Counted from the first letter of the whole stretch, positions 23,562 through 35,812 are shown. The stretch: DNA of 63,841 nt, filler included, from Dugesia japonica (GCA_001938525.1; 6 parts of 6 records of this genome joined end to end with filler, not necessarily neighbours in it), one strand, 5' to 3'. Numbers and translations are program-made. The notes: generated by a model from the letters alone, not told the origin.

Positions 23562-25560
23562 TCGCAAAATTAGATGTTAATGGGAATAATTCGACTTTTG
23601 TTATTAATGATCCACCCAGGAGAGCAAATCTTGGGAAGGAAAAACTGGTGGTTGCCGGAGAGGTGATCAGGCCAGAAAATACCGTGGAAAAACAGGATAA
23701 TGAAAACAGCCAAGGATCAGATATTCTTGAAAGTTGTAAAAATATAATTGAATCCAGAACGGATTGTCAGGATAAATTAAGTGTTCAGTTAAGAAATTAA
23801 ACTAGCAATGAACTAGCTGGAGAAAAAATAGATGACATAGTATAAATGTTGTTTACAATCAGGCAAGAGAAAGCCTTTTTCAAACCAATTGCTGAAATAA
23901 GCAGAAAAATTGGTGGGAAAATGTATGATTGGGATCTAAAAGATGCTCAATCGGAAATACAACTGCCAAAAGGAAACAGTGTTACCTTTGAATTAAATTT
24001 TAAGGAACCAGTCGCCAAAATAATAGCACAATTGAAAAAGGTTAAACGCAGGAAATTTGATCTATATTTATACGACGAAAAATTAGAAGAAGGTAATCTT
24101 CTATTGCTAAGCAAAATTTTACCAGTAGTAAAAACCGATTTAAAGGCTAAAGAGAAAGTAGTGGAAGTAGCTACTATCAGCCCAGATAGCACATTCGCTA
24201 AAGAATATATGGAATTGGAGCAGTGACAAGACGCTCAATCTATTATACAAAAATTAGGAAACGAGTTATTTTCAGTTCCAAGAGAGGATGAAAACATTAA
24301 AAGTAAATTAAGTTGGATGTTGACAATACATATCACAACTGAAGTTCTAAAAGAGGTAATTTATTGATATTACCATTGATTGATAAACCAAGCAGTTATC
24401 AAAATGAAATTAGAATGTTAATTTAAAAAATGGGGAAGCCATAAGACATGATCCTGCCAGACAGACCCATCGTTGTTGATATAAGAGTACCCTGTGAAGT
24501 GGTACCACAAATAAAGATATATTTATGTTTCAAAAAGGTGTTAAAACTGAAAGCGGATATCGGAATAACGTACCCACAAACGTGCTTAGTAGTAATTTGG
24601 GGTAATCAAGTTGATGACGACGAATACTTAGTCGATGTTGGATGTTTACCAACTAAAACTACACTAGTCAATGTNNNNNNNNNNNNNNNNNNNNNNNNNN
24701 ATTGGACTATGTTGCGATTGCCAGAAGTATCCGAGTTTGTACAGAATCAAGAAGTACCAATAGGGCATGAGGAGGAAACGAATATTCCTCGACAAAATCA
24801 AGAAATACTTGTGGATTTGGATGATCCAGAACCGTTCAAGTTGCCAAATATACCACAAAAATATTCTCTGAGAAAGCAAGTAATATCAGAAATGTACAAG
24901 GTAACAATCTGGGAGCATCAACCTCCAGAGAACCAGCAGAGGGAAGACAACCAAGAGTTGAAAGGAGAGGTAGACCAAAATGAATACTACTATCGAGCCA
25001 GTGGACAAAACAGTTGCCAGAGAAATCCCAGCCAGGGCATTAGAAGCCATAATTGATGAAACTGATCAAGGAGATGTATGAAATGAACCAGCAATGTCAG
25101 ATACATGCTGTAAAATTCTGCAATTAATGAGAGTATTTAAACCTGAGTTAAAAATTGAACAAATTGGACGATGGGATCCAAGCAAATTAGCCTTGTCACT
25201 AAAGACCATCATTAAAAAGTTATCAAGGAAATTGCCTAATAAAATTACCAGGAATACAATTCAAACGTTAGCTGCTCAAGTTATCACAAATGGGCGAGCT
25301 TTGACAGCATTAGCAATGATTATTCGGAATTCATTACTAAGCGCAAATAACAATATTAGAAAATTGAAACAGAAAGTTGCAAAGCTATCAACAATATTTG
25401 ATAATGTATTTGAACAGTGGACAGTTAATTTCAACGAATAGAATGAACAGATTTATCAAAATAATGAAGCACCAATATATGAAATTAATATGGAAAATAA
25501 CGAAATGTCTGTCTTTGAATCAAGTACCACCTACTACAAGGAGAGGATTAGAGAATCCTA
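23562..25560 (+). pseudogene. Decayed coding region of unknown family upstream of the glycoprotein (probable N-terminal part of the same polyprotein)
   Basis: Continuous purine-rich, same-strand ORF fragments (23846, 24448, 25094) with few stops, running into the glycoprotein frame. Confidence 0.55.
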
Positions 25561-27549
25561 CTCAAATAATACTAATGATGTTGGGAATATTAATGCAAAC
25601 CAATGTGTTGATTGCTTACAATTGCCATAATCCGAGTCCAAGAGGAATTTATTCGCTAGTAGATGCAATGGGATGTAGAGAAGCGTATCCTACTAAATTG
25701 CAGGTTTTACAATCAGCTAGATATTATATTTATCATGAAATCGAGTATTATCGCACTAAAGTGAGAGAGTGTCGAGTACAGAAGGCAGTATTTGAATATT
25801 ATTGTGTAGTTCATAGTTGTACAACAGTGTTGTCAGCGAAACTCATACCAAGATCAGTCAATGTGCTACAAGAAGATTGTCAAGATGTTTTTAGAACGGG
25901 CAAGTTAAGAATAAATAATCAAGTTTCATTAAAAGCAAAAATCGGGAAAACACTGCCAGAAGCCATAACAATCGGTGGTCCTATTGACGCAGACAGAGAT
26001 TGTGTTGGACATACAAAAGTAAGACAGGGTACTACTGTTGATTGGGTAGTAGACATTGTAGACTACACTGTAGAATTTCTAGAATACGAGGGAGCATTCG
26101 ATGTCGAATCCGGTAGGATGGTGGGAAATCCCAATTGTAGTTCAAAATTCTCTAGTTGTACAACTGGATTTGCAACTCTTCTATATGTCAAACGGCGTGA
26201 TTTTTGTAAATTATCGTTACTAAAAGGCTTATCATTTACAAAAGTGAATGGAACTAGATTCAAAACTGAAGGGACAAGACCTAAATTGTTCAATAACCAC
26301 AAAGTAAAGACAATGACTAAACAACAAGTTCAAAACACTTTTAGACAAGTGGAAAAAGGTGAAATAGAGGAGGAAAATACTCCCGTGGTATTAGTATCTA
26401 TTGATCCTAACGATGCAATAAGGTTCGTTAGTAAGGAGCTGAAATTAAAGTGTGCTCACAGGGTATATGAAACTAACTATAAAGGGTTGTACTTAGCAAA
26501 AACTAGTGTTCCAACCGCAAAGCAGATAAATGCTCAAGATATAAAAACGACAAACTATGTAAATAATAAAGTCGATTATATATTTAACAATTTGCAATTA
26601 CTGATGAATGAGATGTACGAAGAAGTAATTACGAATAATTGCAAATTAAGCACAGAAATTATAAAAAATAGATTAGCAATTTCAGTAGTAAACCCTGATT
26701 TGGTTACTCAAATGTTGTTGGAAAAAGGAGTTTTTGGACGAATAATGAGCAAAGCCATTTATAGCTATCAATGTGCGCCTATAGAGGTGTCACTTGCCAA
26801 TTTTAATCAATGCACAGAGGAATCGCCGGTAATCTATGAGAATAAATTGAGATTCATGAGTCCGATAACTCATATGTTATTAAGCAAAAATGCGAAACCT
26901 CAGGAAGCTGTATGTAATCCGGCCATGTCACCATTATACATGGTGGATGACCATTGGATTTCATTACCTGATCGTAAACCGCCATCAAAACCAATACAAA
27001 CATTATATATTTCCAAATTGACTGATAATATGGAATTCAAACCTCTTAATGACTTCGCAAAAACGGGAATTTACACTTCTGAAGATATGGAACAATCAAG
27101 GAAAATGTTTTTCTACCCACATACAAAGAAACGAGGAATATCGGAAATAATTGGAATAGTATATCATCAAAATGATATACAACCAAATTATAACTTGTTA
27201 TTTAGGCCAGAACATAACAAGGAAGCTGCTAAAAATGTAGCACAAAATTTCTGGGGAAAATTTAGTGCATTTTGGAGTATTTCTCTCCGGATTAGCAGGA
27301 ATTTATGCTATTTGTGTAATTTTAAAAGTGGCGCTCACTCAATTGTTATCCATATATAGTATATTTAAAATAGGTGGATGTACTTGGACACTAATCATTC
27401 AGTTGTTTCTATTTTTTGCAAAATTCCTATTGTTTAAACATCCTCACAATCAAATTAAAATGTTAAAAATGAGACAAGGAAGCAATGATGATGACGATTT
27501 CGACGATGATACTGATATACCTACTAAACATGGTATAGATGAAGATTGA
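25560..27549 (+). pseudogene. Chuvirus-type (Jingchuvirales-like, class III/gB-like) fusion glycoprotein, env of a retroelement; one frameshift at ~27270
   Basis: Hydrophobic signal IILMMLGILMQTNV, then LIAYNC, YSL...C, QVLQ, CRV...YYCVVHS, CQDVFRTG, YVNNKVDY, QCAPIEV, CTEESPV.Y...FMSPITHML, GIYTSED, FWGKFSAF/GVFLSGLAG, then TM helices in the shifted frame. Confidence 0.85.
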
Positions 27550-28126
27550 TTTTCAAGAGCTTTGACTAAAGCTAAGAAAGTGAAAGTGGGAATTCTAATT
27601 AATAAACAGAGGAAACGAGATGTTATCCAGACCAACTGGGATGGAGAATTAAGATATACAGGTCGCGGACCGTATAACTCACCAATCAGTACTATATCCA
27701 ATCCACCATTGAAAGCAAGTGCTCCAACCGAAAATTCAATGTTACCACCACCAATGTACCCAACTTGGAAATGAGATGAACTAAGAGAGCACATAAATAA
27801 CTGGGATATGGAGAAAATCTTGGAATATGTGAACACTAAACCAGGATCACGAGGTTTAGTAAGCACTATATTTGAAAGACAAAGTGGTCAACAATTGCCT
27901 GGTGAACTATACTCAAGAAGATCTTGCAAAAGGATTTTGAAACTGGGAAAAAATGCAAACTAGATTAAGAAACTTATCAAATATGAACACAGAGAAAATT
28001 AGGCAAAACTCAATGAATCAAAACTATCAATTGCAGGAAAGAAGTGGCATGAATAATCAAACAGAACCAAATCTCGATACACAAAGAGAAAAAATGTTAG
28101 GAATTTCAACATTTATGTCAGATTAG

Positions 28127-28747
28127 GCTCACAAGCCAACGATTAAAATTATAATTAATAGACATGTGGTCTACGCTATGATAGATTCAGGATCAGATAG
28201 AACGATAGTAGAAGCCAATCTACTGAAAAAAACAGAAACGGAAAATGTGATTAAAGAACAATCAGACATTACTGCAGCAAACAGAGGAAAATTAAATATA
28301 ATAGTATATCTAGATTGTAATATAAAATTATGTGATCAAGACATAAAACATGAAATAAAAGTCATGAGGAGATGTCCAGTAGAATGCATACTAGATATGA
28401 ATGTATTAAAGAAGCTCAAAGTTGTGGTCTTTGATTGTGCTACGGGATAATTGGTAAAGCTAACTAGAAAGCGTAAAAAAGAATACAACGAACAATTAGC
28501 TTATATCAATAGACAGATCACAATACCTCCGATGGTAGAAACTGTATGTACTATCAATACTACACTCAAGCAGGAACGAGAAGTACTGTTTGAGTCAGAT
28601 GCTCTGTTAATGGAAAGATATTGTATACCGAGAACCTGTAACGTCAGCCAGGTTAGAGAGGGTAGATTTTCGATAAAATTGAGAAATTTAGACATCAGAC
28701 CTTGTTTCCAAATACAAATATTGGAGTTATATATATATACCAAATGA
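28127..28747 (+). pseudogene. Retroviral-type aspartic protease plus post-protease domain (start of pol)
   Basis: KPTIKIIIN...AMIDSGSDRTIV...ITAANRGKLNII...CILDMNVL, then ITIPPMVETVC...VLFE...IKLRN as follows the protease in many gypsy Pol proteins. Confidence 0.85.
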
Positions 28748-28876
28748 AGAGATAGTAGAGAAATCTTCAACATTATCTGTCATAGAACAACGAGATCCAA
28801 ATAAGGAATACTATGACGCACCATGTTGTGATAATAAAATCATAACTAGAAAAGAAATTATTCTCATGAATATGTT

Positions 28877-29380
28877 AGTAAGTATATACTGGCGCACTAA
28901 GCAACCCGACCACCGTCAAGGTCAAATTTGCCGGATATATTCTAATTTGATTGGTTAAAATTTTCTTTTCAAGGTCAAAGTGGCTCATTCTACTTAGTTT
29001 TGATTGGTTGAAATTATTTCAAGATCAAAGTTACTTCTTATAGTCGATTCTGATTGGCTGAACCATTTCAAGGTTGAGTTTTTAAGGTCAAAGGCGCTCA
29101 TTATACTCAATTCTGATTGGTTGAAATAATTCACGATCGAATTTTCAAGGTCAGATTGATTTAGTATACTCATTTCTGATGAGTAAAATATTTCAAGGTC
29201 AAATTAAAGTAGGTCAAGGTCATTTCCATAACAACTATTTATAGGTCAATGTCAAATATCATTCGGACAGGCTTAATAATTACTCTAACCTTTAATCATC
29301 GTGCAGACTTAACATTAATAATTCCCGTGCCGATTTAATATTAAAATTTCCTTGGCAGACTTAATATTATTAATCCCTGA
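28877..29380 (+). repeat. Polinton-type terminus with ~5 tandem 50-65-bp units (TCAAGGTCA + TGATTGG) and three 26-bp repeats
   Basis: agtaagtatatactggcgcac matches 13231 at 17/21. Repeated caaggtcaaa...tgattggttgaa units span 28916-29260. gcagacttaa.atta repeats span 29300-29378. Confidence 0.6.
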
Positions 29381-29473
29381 AAAAGTATTTAATACAGTAA
29401 TAAAGAAGAAATAAATTTAAATTTAAATGAACATTTATTTAATAATAAACTAAATTAAATAACATAAATTTAT

Positions 29474-30036
29474 TAACATTGTCTTTTATCAGACTCAGGA
29501 TAGATAGAATCGATAAATTTTTTCTTCAAATCTTTCTTCTTTCCAGAACAATATTCACAATTAATATCTTCTTTATGATATTCGTTGAATATATTCATAA
29601 CCTTTTTGATATCAACTCCGGTCAAATGTTTAATTTTAAACCATTACAATTCTGGTGCGCAGTATATTATTTCTTCGCTTAGTTTTGGATGATTAATTTC
29701 AAGTAATTCGATGAACAAATCTCAAACAAAATAATATAATTCAAATGAAATTAAATTAAACCTTTTTCGAATGTATTTGAAGATTTTTCTAAAAGCTCTA
29801 ATCCTTTTTTCAACTCTGCTTCCTCTACCATTTGTACATCAGATTCAATATTTTCTAAATATATTATTTTCTAAATAAATTATTATAAAATATCTTACCC
29901 GTAGCTTCAAAATATTTTCCTCTTCATCTGCTGTTGAAGGCTATTGTTTTTCACCATATTCTAAATTTGGCTGGACTTCTTCATTTTGATGATCGTCTTC
30001 AATATCTATTAATTTTCCAATAAATTCATATTACAT
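29474..30036 (-). pseudogene. Acidic, CxxC-containing ORF with two probable micro-introns, next to a Polinton terminus
   Basis: IDIEDDHQNEEVQPNLEYGE.../ENIESDVQMVEEAELKKG.../DLFIELLEINHPKL...YHKEDINCEYC. GT-AG segments at 29855-29898 and 29721-29761. Confidence 0.45.
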
Positions 30037-30213
30037 TTTGAAAATAAATGATTTAAAATTGTAATTCAAATATATAGGTTTTAACACCCAATCAAAATTA
30101 TTTCCATTTTTAACCAATCAAATTAAATTATTATTATTACATACATTCGTGAATATACACAGATATGTATATAAATTCATTATTTTCGAAAAATAATAAT
30201 TATTTTTAAAAAT

Positions 30214-30920
30214 ATGACTAAAATAAATACATTATCATTGAAACAAGAAGAAATGATTAAAAATATTAATATTTGTGTTCGTGATAATGAAGAGATTGAA
30301 GAAAAATACAAGAAAGAAATGGCTCTATCCCAAATTCCGAAAATTCTTTCATCATTAAATCCAAATACTGAGGATAAATACGTAAGATTGAATTTTATAG
30401 ATTTCTTATTCGATTGTAAAGCCAACAAATCAGAAAATTTAAAAAATGTTTACAATCTCTAAAAGTTCATGGACGCTTTTGAGGAGATTTTAAATAATGA
30501 GGTATTACTCAATCGACATAATTTTGAGAATAAACTAGAAGCTGGTTTACACGCCTTGATGGAAATTCAATTTTTGGATAGTTTGGTATTATTAAGAAAA
30601 GAAGAAAGCGTCAAAAACTAGATTTCAATATGGATTCATTAAAAAACATAAGTTTCCTAATGCATAATTTGGTAAAATTGTTTAATCTTGATCCACCAAC
30701 TGTAGCAAACCAACTTTATGAAGAAGATACAATAAAAGTATTAAATTGTTTAAATATTGACTTAGATTATAAAAGTCTTGAAGAAATAAACGAAATCAGG
30801 CTTGATATACCATTACAGACTCTATCCTTCACGTTAGGAAAACAATACAAATGTGACATTGAAAGAAAAACAAAAAGTGGTGGTAATACTTTTATTTTTA
30901 TTAATCAATATTTAATTTAA
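30214..30920 (+). pseudogene. Decayed ORF of unknown function (probable Polinton accessory gene)
   Basis: Consecutive ORF fragments 30214-30462 and 30630-30920. Preceded by two CCAATCA boxes and a TATA-like GTATATAAA. Confidence 0.35.
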
Positions 30921-32006
30921 ATATTAAGAAATAATTTGCCATACAAAATATTCCAAGAATCACAGAATATCGTATGACTAAAATGAAATTTGATCTTTAA
31001 ATGTTATTTAATAAATTTTGTTTAATAAATTTTGTTCTTATCATAGTTATTTTTATTTAACATTAATTATACAAATTTTAAAGTTGAGTAAATTTATATT
31101 TCAATAAAATACGAAATTAATTGACACTTGTAAAATAAAGGAATAATGATAATGATTTATGTCAAACTTGTGTAAATATGTATTAAAAATGAAATTACAA
31201 GTATGTGTATGCATGTGTATGTTTGAGTACTATCTGGAACGTTAAAATTGAGCAAATATAAATAAATAAAATATTAATTAATTAATTAAAATATTATATT
31301 ATTAATAAGCGGAAAGATAAACGAAAAAAGATTATAATAAAAAGAGAGATGGGGAGAAACATAAATTCAAGAGTTTAATTAGAAAAGGACAGCTGTAATT
31401 AGAACAAGATAAAAACGTGGGAGGTCAGAATAAACATAAGAATTATGTTACAGAAGAAGTAAAAAGGAGATAATTGAAAGTTGTCAAAAACTTGACAAGG
31501 AAAGCGAAATCAGAATCATGGCGCTAGAATCAAGCTATATAAGCAAACAAATGAAAGCCAAAATCAGAACTTAATAGGAAAGAACTTAAAAACTTTATTG
31601 AGCAAAAAAGAGGAACATAATAAAATTTAAGAGACTTTCAAGAACTATAAAAATTGTTTCAAGAGTGTTAAAAAGGGAAATCAAAGAGAAATTTAAGAAT
31701 CGGAAGTTTTCTTTGGAAATTAAAGAAGCGAAATAAAAAGGAAATTAAATCAATCAAGTTGGAATTGTTGAAATAGTAAAAGTTAGAGTTCTATTCAATC
31801 ATTACCTGTCAAATCAAGCACATTGGCTCAACTCAGACTAATCAAAACGTAACCGTCGTATTTGTGTATTATTTATCGTTGAAATTATTATTGAAAACCT
31901 ATGTTGTGATTTGTGATTATTTGAATTAACATTTATATATATATATATAAAATAAGAAAACGCAATTTCTTTAAAAAACATCTATTTTTAATACATGTTT
32001 CGGACA

Positions 32007-32106
32007 NNNNNNNNNNNNNNNNNNNNNNNNNNNNNNNNNNNNNNNNNNNNTTAATTAATTAANNNNNNNNNNNNNNNNNNNNNNNNNNNNNNNNNNNNNN
32101 NNNNNN
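32007..32106. other. Artificial contig-joining spacer
   Basis: N44-TTAATTAATTAA-N44. Confidence 0.95.
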
Positions 32107-32129
32107 AAAAAATATTAAAATTTAATTAT

Positions 32130-35100
32130 TTCCTAATTAGTTCCTCTTCTTAAGAAACTTCTAAGTTTTTCCACATTTGTTTTTAATCGCTTTCCATTTT
32201 CTTCTTGTACCGCATACCACCTTTCTTGAATTCTCTCAATTATTCGATAAGGTCCTTCAAATCTGTCTTGACTTTTATTTCTTGTTTCTATCTTGAATTC
32301 TCTATTTCTATTTCAATCTAAAATGTTTTCCTTAGTTTTATCTGAAACTTCTGACTCATACAATTTTTCTCTGCTAATCTTCTTTGCAAATAAGATCTCA
32401 GCTGGGCTCTTTCCAGTCGTCTTCTGCTTTGTTGCGTTTTTTGTAAATTCTATTTTCGGTAAAAGATCAGCCCTATCTGTTTTCTTTCTTTCCTGAAGTT
32501 TTGCATTAATCAAATCTCGAATTGTCTTGAACTGTCTTTTAAAGTGTCCGTTTGCATTATGATGATAGCGACTCGAAAAGCAAAGTTTAATATCTAACTT
32601 CAGTGTAAATTCTCTTATAATCCTGGATTCAAAAGCTTTTCCACAATCGAGTCTTATTTCTCTTGGACATCCAATTCTCAATATCTACTTTTCAAAAATA
32701 GCTTTTCATATTGTTTCCTCGTCTTGTCTAGGCAATGGTATAAGAACCAGATATTTACTGTACTGGTCGGTTCCAAGAATGTATTTTTTCGTCCACTTGT
32801 TTCATGCATTGGCCCACATATATCTGTGAATATGACTTCAAACAAATTGGTTGCTTCTAATCTCTTTGTCTTCTCTTTAGTGGTGTCGTCACTACTTTGA
32901 TCCTCTGAAAAATTTCACAACTACGAACTATTTTCTGTATTTCGCTCCACAAATTTTTCGCAATGTATTTATTTCTCATATATTCGTACACCTTCTCATA
33001 TCCTGCATGACATAATAATTTATGTATTTCTTCTATTGTCTCATGTATTTTGTTATCGGAAATTTTAATTTTCTTGATTAAATCTGTTTCCTCAGAAATG
33101 TTTATTTGGTCTTCTTTTTTCTTTTCAATCATGTTCAGTATTCTCGTTTAAATATTTCCTTTCTTGGCATCTTCATGTGACATTTGACATTGTACAAATA
33201 CCTCGCATCTTGCTCTAGATAACATATCTGCATTACCATGTTGAATTCCTTTTCTATATTTCAAAACCATGTCTAGACTACTCAAATGATTAATACATGT
33301 CTGGAATTGTGACGTAATTGTTTTCTTCGTCGTCATATGAAAGATAGAGCTTTATGATCTGTTCTAAGAGTAAATTTTCTACAGTACAAGTAATGTTTGA
33401 AATGCATACAGAAATAATAAACAGCCAATAACTCCTTTCGTGTAATGCAATATCCCTTTTCATGACTTNNNATTGAGTGTGATCCATAAGCAACAACTCT
33501 TTCTCTTCCTGCTTTATCTCTCTGTGACAAGTCTGCTCAAATTGTATCAAAACTGGCATCTGTATCTAATATAAATTCTCTGTTTATGTCTGGAAAAAAC
33601 AATATTGGTGCAGTCATTAGAGATTTCTTTAAGCCTTCAAAAGTATCGTTTATTTAATCTGTCCATTCTAATTTCTTGTTGCTTGGTCAACTACACAACT
33701 GTTCTAAGATTCTTGATTTCCTTGCATAGTTTTCTAAAGAATTTTCTGTAATAATTACAAATTCCTAAAAAACTTTGCAGCTTCTTCACACAGTTAGGTT
33801 TGCCAAATGTGTTCATTGCTTCTATTTTAGACAGGTCAGTTCTAACACCATCTCTGCTGATTATGTGTACAAGAAATTTGATTTTGTTTTGTAGAAACTG
33901 ACACTTTTCTGGATTAATTCTTAAACCAGCCTTCATTATTTCCATCAATACTCTTTCAATTACTTCATAGTGCTGATCTTTATTGTTCGTAAATACCAGG
34001 ATGTCATCAAGATAAACCATGGCTCAATTGATTCTGCCTACCACTTTTGTCATCATCTCTTGAAATGTCCCTGGTGCCGCTGCGATGCCAAATGGCATTC
34101 TACTAAAACAATATTGTCCATGCTTCGTTGAAAATGCCGTTTTTTCTTGAGATTTTTCTTCGAGCTATACTTGATAGTACGCATTTCCCAAGTCTATTGA
34201 ACTGAAATATTTAGCTCCATCTAACTTGTCCTGAATTTCATCGACATAAGGCATATGAAGGGCTTGTCTTTTCGTTACTGCATTCAATTGTCTAAACTCC
34301 AAGCATATTCTTATGTCCGTCTTTTCCTTTTTCCAAACACGAATAAGTTGGGTATTCCAAGGAGAGTTGCATTTCCGGATAATATTATTCTTGAAATTCA
34401 ATTTAAGAATCTAAGTTTATTGGTTGCCTGTACTGTTTTACATTGATTGGTTCAACACCTGTGATTATTTTGTGACTTTTCAGATGAGTGCGTCCTACAT
34501 CTCATTTATCTGCCATAAAAGCATCTTCTTTACTTCCAATTATTTTCAATAATCGCTGATCCTCTTTAACCTTAAAAATATTTAAGGCTCTTGTCAATAG
34601 CTCTCCTTTTTTAATTTGTCTTCCGAATTTTGCTTCAATATTGCAAATGTAATTTTCGACTTTTTCATCCAAAAATCTTCTGCATATCTATTCCTCCTAT
34701 CAGATCTTATGTTACTCTTTCAGCCACTAAGAAAGTAATCTCTTTGCAAACTTCATAAATTATAACTCCAGTTCTAACTTTTCCAACAATTTCAAGTGTA
34801 CTATCATTTGCACAACGCAATCTTTCATCACTCATTTCTAAATGAACGTTTCGTAATTTATTGAAACAACTCAAACTCGTCACGTTAATTCGAGCCCCTG
34901 TATCTAATAGACATTCAAATTTATTTCTTTGAATTGATACCGTAAAACTTGGTCTGCCTTGCAATTTATGGTACAAAATATTTGTTTTCTGTTTTGCTTC
35001 AACTGTTCCAGCCCATTCTACTTTTCTTTCATNNNCAAAATTTTCCCTCTTTAAGAACCTGTATACTTTTTCTGTAACTTTTCCTATATCATCCCATTTT

Positions 35101-35812
35101 TCGACCCCTTGGGGATAATTACTAACTTCATTTAACAATGGATGGCTCCAGCCAACTCCTCCACTGGTAGAGCCATGCCTATTGGGTACTGTCTTTCGGA
35201 ATAACTTTCATATACTTCCTTATATTCATCGTTTGTACTGATATCTTCATCTTCAATCGCATGTACTCGATTATATCGGTTTTTTGATCTTTTTCCAATC
35301 ATAAATTTCTCACTTGTTCTTTGCATTTTTAAATTTGTGTACCACTTTTCTGCCCTATGTTCACCATTAACACATCGTTTACACTCCAATTCTTGACATA
35401 ACCTCCTAATATAGCCAACCTTTCCACAACCAAAACATTTTGTTGGTTTTTTGTTTGGACAGTCTCGACTTATATGTCCTGTTTTATGACAAGTCCAACA
35501 TTCTACCACTTTTCTTGTCGGACAATTTGCTTTAGTATGACCGATCTTATAACATAACCAACATTCGATATTTTGTTTTTCCTTTCTTTGACCCACATGT
35601 CTACTCACTGTATGATTTACAGGTTTCTGATAATTTCGATTTGTAACTCTCGCGTAACTTCTAATTGCATTAACTCGATCTCTGTTTTTCTCTACTCGAT
35701 CGACTAACGTCATTGTTTCTTCAATTTCTTCTATATTCTCTCGTTTTCCCAAAGTCACTTCTTTTTCAACTTTTTTGTTATCTGAACAATATACTAACAT
35801 CTTTGCTACCAT
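32130..35812 (-). mobile_element. Ty3/gypsy LTR retrotransposon internal region, near complete but decayed (gag-PR-RT-RH-IN)
   Basis: Three CCHC knuckles, LLDTGA, SIDLGNAYYQV, VYLDDIL, LDTDAS, RKELLAV, RTDHKAL, HKLLCH, RLDCGKAF, in gypsy domain order. Confidence 0.95.

Noticed and set aside
25377-25560. ORF-track start of the 660-aa glycoprotein
   Set aside because: It is an alternative-codon start overlapping the upstream coding frame. The recognisable protein begins at the hydrophobic segment near 25565.
27450-27866. 138-aa antisense ORF (also 26063-26302 and 23947-24192)
   Set aside because: Shadow frames of plus-strand coding sequence with no independent motifs.
28916-29380. Repeat array superficially like a CRISPR
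   Set aside because: Units are degenerate along their whole length with no unique spacers, there are no cas genes, and the context is eukaryotic.
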